This document shows positions 12,672 through 24,954 of a DNA stretch of 62,000 nt, piece after piece. The stretch comes from Wallemia ichthyophaga EXF-994 (taxonomy: Eukaryota > Fungi > Basidiomycota). The notes beneath the pieces are model-generated. The model was not told the DNA's origin, ran no database searches, and was given only the letters and a program-made list of their open reading frames with translations. The translations under genes and the position numbers were made by a program. Position 1 is the first letter of the stretch. Every line of letters starts with the position of its first letter. The stretch covers positions 360,001-422,000 of the forward strand of contig NW_008806282.1 of NCBI RefSeq assembly GCF_000400465.1, read 5' to 3'.

Positions 12672-12862
12672 ATGTACATGTAATAGACAACTGAATGAAA
12701 TGGTTAGATGGAGGTAGGGGGATAAAGCTGCTAAGCCAAGGCTGAAACATTTGTCTTCGTTTATAAGTCAGACGAAAGATGGTGTATGTTTTGTGTATCA
12801 TCATTGCAGCTTTATAGGTGTGGACTTACTTGATGGCTGTGTAAGTTGAAGAGAGAAGACAT
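12622..12862 (-). other. snoRNA host transcript (probably non-coding; 33-codon spliced sORF)
   Basis: ATG 12862, then MSSLFNLHSHQ, a 139-nt intron, and LSITCTSTILPCYPNAFALHLT*. Divergent from RPS20; exon 2 is antisense to the kinase 3' end. Confidence 0.55.
12722..12815 (-). ncRNA. Intronic box C/D snoRNA with two rRNA guides (25S Am807- and 18S Gm1126-equivalent)
   Basis: Minus strand reads ATAAAGCTGC-a-ATGATGA (box C, 12804-12798) ... CACCATCTTTCG-t-CTGA (D', 12771-12768) ... GTTTCAGCCTTG-g-CTTA (D-like) - GCAGCTTTAT. Perfect 10-bp terminal stem. The two 12-nt guides are complementary to conserved 25S CGAAAGAUGGUG and 18S CAAGGCUGAAAC. It lies inside intron 12691-12829 (GTAAGT, CTAAC, CAG). 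Confidence 0.85.
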
Positions 12863-13126
12863 GATGAAAATCGTTTAAATAGTCGAGAAATGAATAAAAA
12901 AAATGAAATTTGAAGCGTTGAAAGGGGTAGTATAGGATGGGGTGTTGATTGTTGTAAATTCCAACCAATTTGAATCACCCAGTATTAAAAATTTCATGGG
13001 GATTAAATTTGAGTGCAAGTGGTTAAAATAACGATCATCTCTTTGGTGAGTGGGGGAGTTAGATGTAAAATAAATAGACATTTAACGCTTTAATAGTCAC
13101 CTCCTGACTCACAGAATAAATCAAAG

Positions 13127-13542
13127 ATGAGTTACGTCGCAAAGGACCAAAAGGAAGTTGAGCAAGTTCAAGTTGCCCAAACACACAAAATCCGTATCAC
13201 CTTAACATCACGTAATGTCAAGGCTATTGAGAAGTTCTCAACGGACTTAATCAACCGTGCAAAGGACAAGGATTTGCGTGTTAAAGGACCAGTGAGACTT
13301 CCAACACGTTCACTCAAGATCACCACCCGTAAGGCTGTGAGTTTTGATGTATTCCCTTGTAATTACAAATATACTCACACAACAAACAGCCAAACGGTGA
13401 AGGTTCAAAGACTTGGGACAGATACGAGCTTAAAATTCACAAGCGTTTGATCGACTTAACAGCAACCTCAGACGTTGTTAGACAGATCACTTCAATTTCA
13501 CTTGAGCCAGGTGTTGACGTTGAGGTTACCATCGCCGCTTAA
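13127..13542 (+). CDS. RPS20: 40S ribosomal protein uS10/S20
   Basis: [20 protein letters not shown]. Intron 13337-13389, then [23 protein letters not shown]...[12 protein letters not shown]. Confidence 0.97.
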
Positions 13543-13608
13543 GAATTTTGTAGCCTTTACTTGGGAATATTTATGCATATCACCCTTTGTTTATCTCAAC
13601 CACCATCC

Positions 13609-16600
13609 ATGAATTTACAAGGAGATGTTAAAAGGCATTTAGACTTGAAACATAGTAATCAATTGGCTTATAAGTTTGTTGAGGATAATGGCGTCGAGAA
13701 TACACCACTCAAGCTAGATTCCTCCTTGAAGAGACACACTACCTTCCTTAGGCGTCTCAAACTCAATTTAGGCGCTGAGAACGTTGACAATAACATCAAA
13801 GATATCCACCAACTCAGCCTATCCAAACATCTCGAAGAAATTGTCACAAACATCGTTGAAGGCGTCATCAAATGCAAATCTGAAAAGGATTCTTGGGCTG
13901 CCGTCGAGACCATCTCCGCTCTCCACCAAAGATTCCCTATCTCCTTCTCTTCTCCTCTCATTTCCCTCTTATCTTCCTCTCTATCCCCCCCTTCGAAATC
14001 TCAACTAGCCGCTCTCTCCCCCGAGCAAAGAGACAAAGAAGAAGCTGCTAGAATTAACAAGCAACGCCCTATTCTCAGAGTCGCTGGTGAATTATACCTC
14101 GTTGGCCTCATCCCCGACTCTCCCTCTAAAGATGGTCCTAAGAATTGGTTATTTGTTAAGCTTAAAGACCTTCTAGCAACCGATAAAGATCACTCAAACA
14201 CCCCGATTCTCATCTCCTTCATTAAACACTTTTCTGCTCTCATTTACGGTCTTGATGGTGATCAACACACTCTCATCGATTCTCCCTCCCAAGAACGCTT
14301 CAAAGCCCTTTCTTCCGCCTACTACGACACTCTAACAAGAAAACTCGTCAAAGAACACCTCAAACTGCAAGATCAAGATAAACGCAACCACGAAGCTTAC
14401 ATCCGCTCAGGTGAAATCTTTCAAGACAGACAGCAATCTTACGAAAAACTCACAAAAGCTTATGAAAAGCTACTTAACTCCACTCAAACCCTTTCTGAAC
14501 TACTCCATCTAGACATGCCTCAATTACCAAAAGAACAGTCAAAGGGATTAGGCGGTTTAGTCGTCGCTGATGGCTCCACCCCTTACAACAGAGATCATGA
14601 CGAGTATGATTCTACTATCGGTAAATGGGAAGATGAGGATGCCAAAAACTTTTACGAGGATGTCTTTGACTTGGCTGATGTCCTCCCTCCTGCTGTCTTC
14701 GCAAATGTCTTGGGTAAGAAGGTCGACCAGAAGGACGATATTGGCGAGTCACCAGCACAAAAAATCCAAACAGATGAGCAAATGGATAAGGAAAAAGAAC
14801 AGCTCGTCTCTACGCTCACTTCCACACCCGACGACCCAGATGAGGGTATATCTGCCGGCCCATCTGCCCAGCTCAACGCCCTCTTTGCCAGACTGCCTGA
14901 GATGAACAACCGCGCAATGATTGACCAGGTGGCAGTTGAGTTTGCCATGCTTAACTCTAAGGCTGCTCGTAAAAGGGCCATCAAGTCAATAGCCGCTGTT
15001 CCACGCAACAGGTCTGATGTCTTACCCTACTATGCGCGTTTAACTGCAATTCTCAACAAGCACATGCCCGATATCGGCAAGGGTGTGGTTGATCTTCTTG
15101 ACGATGAGTTCCGCTATTTGCAACGCAAGAAGAATTTAGTGAAGGAGCTGGCTGAGTCGCGCACCAAGAATGCACGCTTCATATCTGAGTTGACCAAGTT
15201 CAGTGTAGTCCCAACGCACTACATCCTCCACTGCTACAAGGTGTTGCTGGATGATTTTACGGGAGTCAACATTGATGTGCTGGCCATTCTTCTCGAGACG
15301 TGCGGGCGTTATCTGCTGCGCAGCGAAGAGACGGGGGAGAAGATGAAGATATTCCTCGAGCTAATGAAACGCAAGCAACAGCTACAACACCTGGATCAGC
15401 GTCAGCAACTCATCCTCGAGAACGCTTACTACCACTGCAACCCACCTGAACGGGCTAGTCGACCTGTCAAAGAACGCACGCCAACGGAGCTTTTTATCCG
15501 CCACCTCATCTACGACGTCCTCACGCGCCGGACCGTCGAAAAGGTTTCGAAGCTCCTCCGCAAGCTGCACTGGGAAGATGAGGGAGTGATAAACGTCTTA
15601 CTCAACGTTTTCACGAAAGTGTGGAAAATTTCCTACGCTTCTATCCCACTGCTGGCCATACTGGTGTATGATCTACAGCGTTTTCATCCGGCATTCTGCG
15701 TGATGGTCGTCGACCGTGTACTTGAAGACGTTAAGAGCGGTGTAGAGCAGAATATATTCAAATACAATCAACGACGGGTCGCTGCAGTGCGATACCTGGG
15801 TGAGTTGTACAACTACCGCAGTGTGCAGTCTGGGGTTATATTCGATGTTTTGTGGATGCTGGTGACATGGGGACATGTCGGTGGACGACCCCTTCCCGGA
15901 ATGGCTAGCGGGGGTGTGCGTGATGCACCCGACGACTTTTTCAGGATACGGTTAGTGTGCACTCTGCTAGATACGTGCGGAGCGTGCTTCGATAGTGGCT
16001 TGCAGAGGAAGCGCCTCGATGACTATATTGCCTTCTTGATGATGTACGTGGCTACTAAATCAACCCTGCCGATGGACATGGACTTTATGTACACGGATAC
16101 CCTCGACGCTCTCAGACCGGGGATAGCGATAAAGAGGTCGTTCGAAGACGCTGTTAGAGGCGTCGATGAAATGATGGCGGATGATCACCATCTTCTCCCC
16201 GACCAAGGTGGTGAGGAGGAGGTTGTTTATCGCGACGAGGAGAGCGGGGAGGAGGAAAACGGAGATGGTGAAGGTGAAGGTGAGGAGGGGCAGGTTGAAG
16301 CAACTGAACCTGTTGAAGCCGATGAAGCTGATGAAGGCGATGAAGAAGACGAGTCAGACTCAGACAGCGAGGTTAGTGGGCTATGGATATTGCACGCTTG
16401 ACACATACTCACACACTACAGGGTGACGCTGAGATGGACGACGACGTAGTCCTGCGCGAGAGCGAGAGAGGGAGAGAGAAAGAGGAGATACCGCCTGAGG
16501 AAGAGGACGAGTTTAACAGGGAGCTGGCAAAGATGGCTACGGACAACAGCGAAGCGAAGAAGGTGGACAAGCGCGCATTGTTCGATCTATCGCTCCCCGC

Positions 16601-16953
16601 CAAGAAGAAAACGGAGGAAGAGGGAGGTTCAGGTGACCCAAGTCAGATGAAATTCACAGTACTCACTAAGAAAGGGGCTAAACAGCAAACGCGGACGGTT
16701 GAAGTACCTTCTGAGTCCCCGCTCGCTGTTAACTCGCGCACGAATGCACTCCAGGATCAGCATGAGCAGGCACAACTGAAGAAGTTAGTGTTGGATTATG
16801 AGAAGAGAGACGCAGCACAGCAGGATGTGAATGAAAAGAAACGTGAGTTAGGGTGCTGATGGGCGTGAAGGGGATCGACTGACACCACACTCAGGCTGGG
16901 AACAACTGTCGAAAGCGACGGGAATGAAGATAAATTTCAAGCAGGATGGATAA
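13609..16953 (+). CDS. UPF2: Nonsense-mediated decay factor Upf2 (MIF4G x3, acidic region, Upf1-binding tail)
   Basis: LDSSLKRHTTFLRRLK, WEDEDAKNFYED, LENAYYHCNPP, DAPDDFFRIRLVCTLLDTCG. Introns at ~16372-16421 and ~16846-16894. Confidence 0.95.
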
Positions 16954-17169
16954 AGGGATATACTTGAATAGCGTTCTACAATACCACGATTGTACATGAT
17001 CAATCGCACTGCACGGCGACGGCACCCAGCAAATACGCAGGCTAGCAGATGAGTGGATTGGTTGAATTAAATTTTGTTTTAATTAGAAAATAAAAGATTA
17101 TTTATTTCTTTGTCAAATGCAAGGGAAATGCAAGGGAGATACACGGGTTGTACACCACCCACCAAGACC

Positions 17170-17722
17170 ATGTTAACAAATCGCCTGAGCAGCAGTGGCA
17201 GTGTTAGTGTCCACGCTATCACAAAAATAAGCAAACAGAGCAGATGCCTGAGCAGCAGTGCAGTGCGTCAAGGATCCAGTGCGGGTGGATATGACGATGG
17301 ATCTGGTGAAGAGTACGCACCAGCGTGTGAGTTGAAGTTGGACTGAGATAAACATAGGCCATTCTCACACCCAAGCAGCCCTTTTGTCTCCCTCTTGGCT
17401 GCGTTTGTTCGGTTTCGCTGCTGCATCCGCCGTGGGTCTATCAGCGTACTCGTCGATGCACACGGAAGGCCAAGAACCTTTCTTAACACGCTACCTCGCC
17501 CACAACAAGCCTTCCCCAGAAACAAGCAAAGCTAACGCTGATAAACTCCTCGCTTTGAAGAAGGAACTCGCTGACGACACTCTCCTCCTCTCTGACGCAC
17601 ACCGTCCTAGGCTCCTTAGAATGTCAAATCCAGGCACTTTCGAACAGGCTTCCCCTCATAAAATTAGCCCTGGCTCTCAAGCTGATTTGTCCGATCTCAA
17701 CATCAAATCGCTTAGGGAGTAA
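17170..17722 (+). CDS. Probable complex I accessory subunit (NUO-17.8/NDUFB6-like)
   Basis: Mitochondrial presequence, single TM helix, FLTRYLAH, C-terminal RPRLLR...FEQASPH...G..DLSDL. Intron near 17327-17357. Confidence 0.6.
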
Positions 17723-17741
17723 TACATATATTTTACATTTC

Positions 17742-20157
17742 TCATTTCTCGTTGAACACTGCGTTATCTTGGTTGGTATATGTACGCGAACTCTCCTCTC
17801 CTCCCAATTTCAATCCAAGCCCTTCTATATCACGTTGCATCACGCACGCTAGTCTGTCTGTCTCCACATCGAAACTGCTTAGAGAGAGTGATATCGAATT
17901 GCCATCTTCTAGTTTATCCGTTGTCGGCTGTTTGCTAAACGCCGTCCGGTAGCTGTCGAGCGATAATTGTGGCAGCATCCTCGTGTAGAACGATGGCGTG
18001 GGCAGTTTGTCATGTGACTTGTCATTCGATTTGTCATTCGATATTGACAAAGGTGTGGGTGGCGAGTCCATGTATATTCCAGATGATCTCTGACTGGCAT
18101 GTGCTGATGTTTCTGGATTAGTCATGTCGTCGGATATGGACTGTCTGTGTGTGTCCAAAATTTTCACGTTGGTATTCACGTTGTTAGTGCTGGGCGATTC
18201 ACCGCGTCTCTTCAACATCCCATCACTCTCCCTCTCACTCATATCACTCTGTCGACCATCGTTGCTCGGCGCTATCTGGAGATTCAGTTTATCTAGACGG
18301 TCTAACGAGTGTTAGTTGGTTAGATCAGCTACTTATCCCCAGCGCACCTGATATTATCCCAAATCTTATCTCCCAATCCTTCTCAATACGCTGCGGGGTA
18401 TGTTCATGATTGAAAGTGCACCACTGTTCGCACCACATCTGCCTCAGCTTTGCACTCTCCTCGTAGAATTTCGTCTGTATCTCAATAAAATCCCTAACAA
18501 CACCCCTTAACGCTCTCCTCATACCTTGAATAAACACAGGTAACTCCAACCTAAGCTGAAGATCTAGTGCATGGAATGACTTGAACGCTTCGTGAGCATT
18601 AAAGATGAGTTGAGTGGATGACCATCTATTCTTAGCTGGAATCATCCCAACTGAGTCGTCAAACTCCCGCTTCAACTCGTTACGTCGAGCTATAATGATA
18701 TGCGGGTTAGTCGACAGTTTCATTATTTCCTTGAGACGATAATGAATTCGACTGTCTATTTGGGTCACTAGTGCACCATATGGTATTTTGAAAATCTCCC
18801 TGATGATCCTCGCATATGCGTCTATAGTAATTGTAGATTCATTTTCATTCCCATTTACTTTCTTTATATGGGAAAAAGCATCAAGCGAAGAAGTAGCATA
18901 CCATCTCCCAACTAATTTCGCTAGCTGGTGTAATTCTAAACTAACAGTGTTAAGCCAATCGTTGATGTTTTTGGTGAACAAAGTCAGCTGGTGTAATTCA
19001 CTATCGAGCAATCGGATGATAGTGTTGGAGGCAATTGAATGCTCTTGTGAGTATACAGGTGGTCCATTTTGTTGCATATCCTCATTAGCGAGATTTTGTG
19101 TGGATTGTATGGGTGATGAAGCGATGGAGGTAGTGATGGAGTTCGGATGGGTGGTGGATTTAGATCTGCGACGCAAAAATGTTCTGCTTTTCTTTGAAGG
19201 CAGCATTGGTGGAGTCTTTTTAAAACTATTTGGCATGGAAGTTGAGGATGGTATAAGCGGTGAGCGCGCTGGACTGTCGTCGGATGTGTGCATGTGCATT
19301 AGGAGAGCATTATCGACTGAGTCTTTCCGGAATTTAGCATCGTTGATTCTCTCAGCGAGAGAGTGAAGGTGAGTGAGAGCGTTGTTTAGCGAAGGCACGT
19401 TGTTTTGATTGCATTTAATGAGATTGTTGATGAGTAGAGGATACTTGAGAATACGTTGAAAGGGTTTTACCAATAGGGAAGGTAAATCCCAAGCATTAGT
19501 GAGACCTTGAAGTTTAGCAGAGCTTTGATCGTGCCAGAGTTGAACACTTGGATCATTTTGTAAAAGCTGGATAAGCTTGTTATTTGAAGTAGTTTGCCTG
19601 GAGCAATAGTAAAGGTATAAAGGTTCAAATTTTGATGGGATATGTTGACAGAATAGGTCACCTATATTTTCACCTTTGTTGATTGCATTTTCAAGCAAAG
19701 CAACGAAATCACAAGCCCAAAGCATAATACTTTGAATATTTAAGAAGATAATTCTTAGGTTATCATTTGATAGGATTTGAGTATTAATCGGAGTACTGCT
19801 ACTCGTGCTACGTGTCTCAGTGGATGAATTTACGGATTTGGAACGACTAAGTGGAATTGGCTTATAATTCAAAGCAGATTGATAGAAAATGTTGCAAATC
19901 AATTTCAAATCAGACGCGTAAACTTTTTCAGTGTCTAACAATTCATTCAAAATATGTGAATGAGTCGATTGAATTGAATTATTTGAATTTATAGAGCTCG
20001 ACGATGAATTACCACGCATTGGATTCTTTGGATTGATTTTTGGTGGTGATGACGCATTTAGTGGGTTGCTATCTAAACCAATGGGCGTATGATGAGGAGA
20101 CAGAGGTGGCAATGGCAGTGGTTTACTTGGTGGTGGTTTCTGTTGTGGTAAGGACAT
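17742..20157 (-). CDS. Rho GEF with DH domain and BAR-like helical region (Gef1/DNMBP-like)
   Basis: ILNELLDTEKVYASDL and SLLVKPFQRILKYPLLI (DH domain). ORFs 18325..20265 and 17742..18242 join in frame through an intron at ~18300-18345. Confidence 0.85.
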
Positions 20158-20239
20158 TTGATCAAATTGAATGAATATTTTATTCAAATTCCCTCTAACG
20201 TGGCTGTAACGGTTCAAGCCATCCACCTCACACCCAACA

Positions 20240-21106
20240 ATGGCGGACAGAAAAGTACTTAACAAATATTACCCACCTGATTATGATCCTTCTATTATTC
20301 CTCGTATGAAGCGTGGTAAAGAGCGTCAGCAGCAAGTCAGGCTTATGACTCCTTATAGCATGCGTTGCTTAAAGTGCGGTGATTTCATCTATAGGGGTAA
20401 AAAATTCAACGCGCGTAAAGAAGAAGCTGTCGGTGAGGATTACTTTGGTGTAAAGGTGTTCAGATTCTACATCAAATGTCCCCTTTGTTCCTCTGAAATT
20501 ACATTCAAAACTGATCCAAAGAACACGGATTACGCTGCAGAGCATGGTGCAACGCGTAACTACGATAATTCTATTCAAAGGGAGCCAAAGAAAGATCTAG
20601 ATGAATTAGCTAAAGTTGATGATGATCACCCAGAAGAAGTTGAGGAAGATCCTATGAAGCAATTAGAACAGCGCACTCTCGATTCTAAGCGTGAAATGGA
20701 AATAATGGATGCTTTATCTGATATACGCACACGTAACGCTAAGAATGAGAGACTTGACGCTCAAGATATTCTCGATAAAGTTGGTAAACGTTCTACCCAC
20801 GAGTTGAACGAGGAAGACGTACAAAAGATTCAACTCGAGCAGCAGGATGAGGATGAAGTGGCAAAAGTCTTTGGTAAACTTAAACGTGGCAATGATGATG
20901 ATGATCACTCGGCGCAAGTAAACGTAAAACGCAAGCTCGATGAACCTACGCTTGAATCACTACTCTCTGAAAAGGCTAAAGCGAGTATTGGAGTATCAAA
21001 ATCATCATCGGGAGCGGTCCAACCATCAAACACAGCACACTCAGCACTTCCCCGGAAAAAGGAGAGCAAGCTAGGTGTTAAGCTTGGTGTTAAAGTGAAA
21101 AAGTGA
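20240..21106 (+). CDS. YJU2: Splicing factor Yju2/CCDC94
   Basis: MADRKVLNKYYPPDYDP, CLKCG, YIKCPLCSSEITFKTDPKNTDY. Confidence 0.96.
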   Translation: MADRKVLNKYYPPDYDPSIIPRMKRGKERQQQVRLMTPYSMRCLKCGDFIYRGKKFNARKEEAVGEDYFGVKVFRFYIKCPLCSSEITFKTDPKNTDYAAEHGATRNYDNSIQREPKKDLDELAKVDDDHPEEVEEDPMKQLEQRTLDSKREMEIMDALSDIRTRNAKNERLDAQDILDKVGKRSTHELNEEDVQKIQLEQQDEDEVAKVFGKLKRGNDDDDHSAQVNVKRKLDEPTLESLLSEKAKASIGVSKSSSGAVQPSNTAHSALPRKKESKLGVKLGVKVKK

Positions 21107-21198
21107 TATTACAAAGTAAGACTACCAACTTATGTACTACTACTAACTTTCTTGTATAACAATGCATATTTACACACAAACTACCCACTCTATTCACC

Positions 21199-22830
21199 TT
21201 ACTGATGGAAACTCTCAGTTTGATTGCAGCTGTATAACGCGTTACCATCACTTGATCCCTCCAACCCAGCTTGTATCTTCTTACAAAGAGCTCTCTTTAA
21301 GAATTGCTCTCTCGACAACTCTCTCACTGCTCTCAAAACTTTCTCCAAATCCACTTTACCCGCATTGAGTGCTCTACCAAGATGATACATAGTGTCTTCG
21401 ATAGCTCTATCCTCAGCAATGAGATCGAGTAACTGATTAGACACGAGGTTATCAGCACATACTATTTCATCTACCCCGATATCCCCCCTCCGTCTACCAA
21501 CTTCCAATCCAGCAATACCTTGATTAACAGTATCATTAACTTTGGCTGCAACGCTTGTGCATATCTCGTTAACACTCTCTAAACGTGCACTCTCATCCAC
21601 TATCACTTCTCGAGCCCTTTCAAGATCTCCCTTAAGGGTTTGTTGAGAATCGTGTAATTGTTTGTGATTCTCCAATGACTGAGCTACTTTTTGTGACAAT
21701 ATCGCGTGGATGGTTGCATGTAGCTTAACTGTATTTGGATTAAGTGGTCTTGTTGGTTTAGATGAGGGTGTTATACTCTCACTACTGCTCGCTTTCATTT
21801 GTGTTCGTGATTGCGATTTTATTTGTGTCGGTGATTGTGTTTGCGTTGCTTGTGATTGTGGTATATGCTGATAAGGTATGCTGTCTGGTTCTGTCGTTAG
21901 TAAATCCGTTACACTTCCTGATACTGCCAATGGCTGAGGTGATGCTTGTCGTTGTGCGTATGAAGGTGTAAGCGTAGGTGCAGGTACAGGTGCTGGTAAG
22001 TCATACGATCTCGATGGACTCGACAACCCACCAGCACCAATCGGAGGAGGTCTTTGAGGGGGTGACTGTGATTGTGATTGTGATGTGCCTGCTGCATTCC
22101 CGTGTTCATTTCTCCAACTTAACGGTGTCTGAGCAGCGTAGTCAGTATTATCCAGCAACCCACCCAAGAACTCCCACTCACGATAGTCGGAGACATACTA
22201 AACGAAGGCGGCTTGTATGGTCTAGTAGGTGCTTCGTGACTGCTGCTCCTTGGAGAAGTTGCCGACTTTGGCGACTGCTGCTGCTCCTCTTCTCCTATGT
22301 GAGCAACAGGTTTTGCGTAGAGTGGAGGAAACATCTCGAAGCTATTTCTAAGTGCATAAGCCAAGTCAACGAGGTTGCACGCCTTCGAAGGGGAATTAGA
22401 TAAGCGATAAGCGGAGTCAAGCGCCAACACTCACTTCAGGTTTTCTAGCCCAATCGAAGACATAAGGGCTGCGCACAAGCCCACTGCTTTCGACGCCGTG
22501 TCCAGCCCGCACGAGCATCGTCGCTGTCGGCACAACGTACACCCACGGCGGAGAAGCTGGGTAATCGAGCGGAAGCCATAGCGAAAGAGGAATATTGTAC
22601 GTAGCATCTCTGAACTGTATCGGTAGCGTGCCGTAAACATTCACTAGCAGCTCAGAACGGCCGTTGTCGTGCGTGTATACCTCCGTGCGCGGTGATAGCG
22701 TCTCATTCATCTCAAGGAGACCACAAACATCCCTGCTCACACGCGACTGCTCGCGGTAATGCGTCGTTACTTCCCCCAGCCATCGAATCACCACGTCAGA
22801 CAACATGATCGTCGTGTGCAAAGAAGTCAT
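21199..22830 (-). CDS. VPS23: ESCRT-I subunit Vps23/TSG101 (3 exons)
   Basis: UEV domain (YTHDNGRSELL, GTLPI.FRDATYNIP), Pro-rich linker, steadiness box (NQLLDLIAEDRAIEDTMYHL...LSREQF). Confidence 0.92.
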
Positions 22831-22949
22831 GTATCATAATTATATAAAAGTGCTAGAAAAGTAAAGTATCGCTGAATATCAAAGTGTGTTTTGTATTATA
22901 TTAGACGTGATGATTGTTTCGTCCTTTTATGTCAAAATTTTCATCCACT

Positions 22950-24954
22950 CTAGTTGGTCGTGAACTTGTACTCATCGTCAATGTTTAAGTTGCTAAGGTT
23001 CTTCTTCATTGTCTCCGGAGTGTTGAATGGGAAGAGCGCGTAGACACTGTCTGGGCTGAGCGTGTTTGGAAGGGTGTTAGCAAGGAGCGTAACAAGCATA
23101 CCACCGAAAGCCTTGTTTTCGTTGTCTGGTTGGATGTAGTTGAAACCCCATGTGGTGAGTGCCTTAGGCGTGCAGTCGTTGGTGAGGAATCTGTCACTAC
23201 GAACCAATGAAACGGCATCTGAAAGAATAGCTCTTGAGACGGTGAATCCTGGACAGAGACCGCTGCCTTCAATTGGTGGCTTTTGCTCCTCTGCAAGTAA
23301 ACCTGGGTATAATTCGAGGTTGTCAATGTGACCATACAACTCTCTGGCTGCTTGGGCAACCTCTTTGTCAGAGTTCCACTCTTCAAATGACTTGAACGTG
23401 GTTAATGACATGGCCTTTCTGAACTCGTTCATGGTACACAAGCCCCAAACATCTCTGGCTTGCTTCATACCCATCATATCAACAACCTTCAATACGGTTG
23501 GTGTACCTCTTGCTCTGAATGATGCAGCTGGTTCATCAATGGCCTGCTTCAACACACCAACAAGGTCTGTATTCTTGAATGCACCATCTGAATTACGGTG
23601 CAATCCTGGAATTTCGCGCTTGGCTGGGTCGTCTCCAGCCATCTTCGCCAAATTGTATGCCTTCTCGTGGAAGTCCTTTGGAGTGATCTTGTCAAAGTCA
23701 CAGTCTGGACCAAAGATCTTCTTGAAGAAGCCTTCAGTCCACTTGGTGTCAGACTTTGACAAAACTGAGTGCCATCTGTAGAGAACGTTGAATTCAACAG
23801 ATACAGCACCACCGTTACCAGCTTCCAATGGAGCTTGACCCATCTGGTGTACTTCAGCCCGTGGGTCGAGAACCCATGTTGACTTTGAGCGAGTAAGGCC
23901 TAAGATAGCTCTCAAGTAGTCGTGAAGGACAACATTTGCGAAGAAGGCACAGTTGACGAGCTTAGCGGTGTGGAAAAGATCTTGGTCTTGCTTCTTCTTT
24001 TGCTCGTCGTCAAGTTGGTTCCATGGCTTGTACCATCCTCTCTCGTTCTCTCTGAACAAGTTGTCGACAATGTAGTTGTGGTTTCTCGAAATAAGAATGA
24101 GGAGAGTGGTAATGGCTGGTGGCATCATGAACAATCTTGACTCGGAGATTGTGTCTGGCTTGAGTTTACCATTGTCGAATGAACGAACGGAGTGTTCCTC
24201 TTGGTCGTTGTTACCATAGACAATAGCCAAGTCGATGTATGAAGAGGTACCGTTGATGGCAGAGTTACGCGTGTCAGTTCTGAAGATGGTGTGGATAACA
24301 CAGGTAGCAAAGTTGAAGAAAAGGGCTGAAAGACCAGTTGGGTGTTCCAAGAAGTCACCTTCTCTTCTACGCAGGAGCTTGTCAAAGACATCTTCTGGGG
24401 ATGGAAGTGGTTGGGAGTAGACGTGCTTCGATGAGACATTACGCGCGTAAGCTGTAAGACGGAATTAGTTAAGCGTGTCTTACTATGACATCATATAAAC
24501 TCACGGGTGCCGGCTCTGCCCAATGAAGGCATGAATGGGTTGTTGAGCGCGCCGTCTGCGTGTCTCACACGTAAAGAACCTTGTACAACTTCGTTGCCGT
24601 TGAAAGGCTGATCACCGACGTAACAGAGTGGTGGGTGAGGAAGGTCTTGCCAGAGCATTTTAATGAATTTACCAGTGAGTTGGTCATTCTCTGGGGTTGA
24701 CTGACGTGTGTGAGTGTGTTGAGCTTGGTGAGACAATATCAACCTACAGGAATAGTTGAAAGTACACCGACCATTCTTTCAAGCAAGAACTCTCTGTCAT
24801 TCTGTGAACCGCCATTGGCAGCAGTCTTAAAGAGGTCATGCATCATGCCAATATCTTGGATAACCTTTCCACTCTTGATTTGAGAAGCAATGTTCCCAAG
24901 CAAGTTCCAGATTGGCCTAAAGACTGATTGGTTTGTTTTGTCGTTTGGTGCCAT
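22950..24954 (-). CDS. Fatty-acid heme dioxygenase (Ppo/linoleate diol synthase N-terminal DOX domain only), ~634 aa
   Basis: LWQDLPHPP, PYARNV, distal His VIHTIFRT, catalytic Tyr and proximal His in EFNVLYRWHS, IDNLELYPGL, AVSLVRSDRF. Introns 24701-24747 and 24452-24504. Stop at 22950 directly after the DOX domain. Confidence 0.92.
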
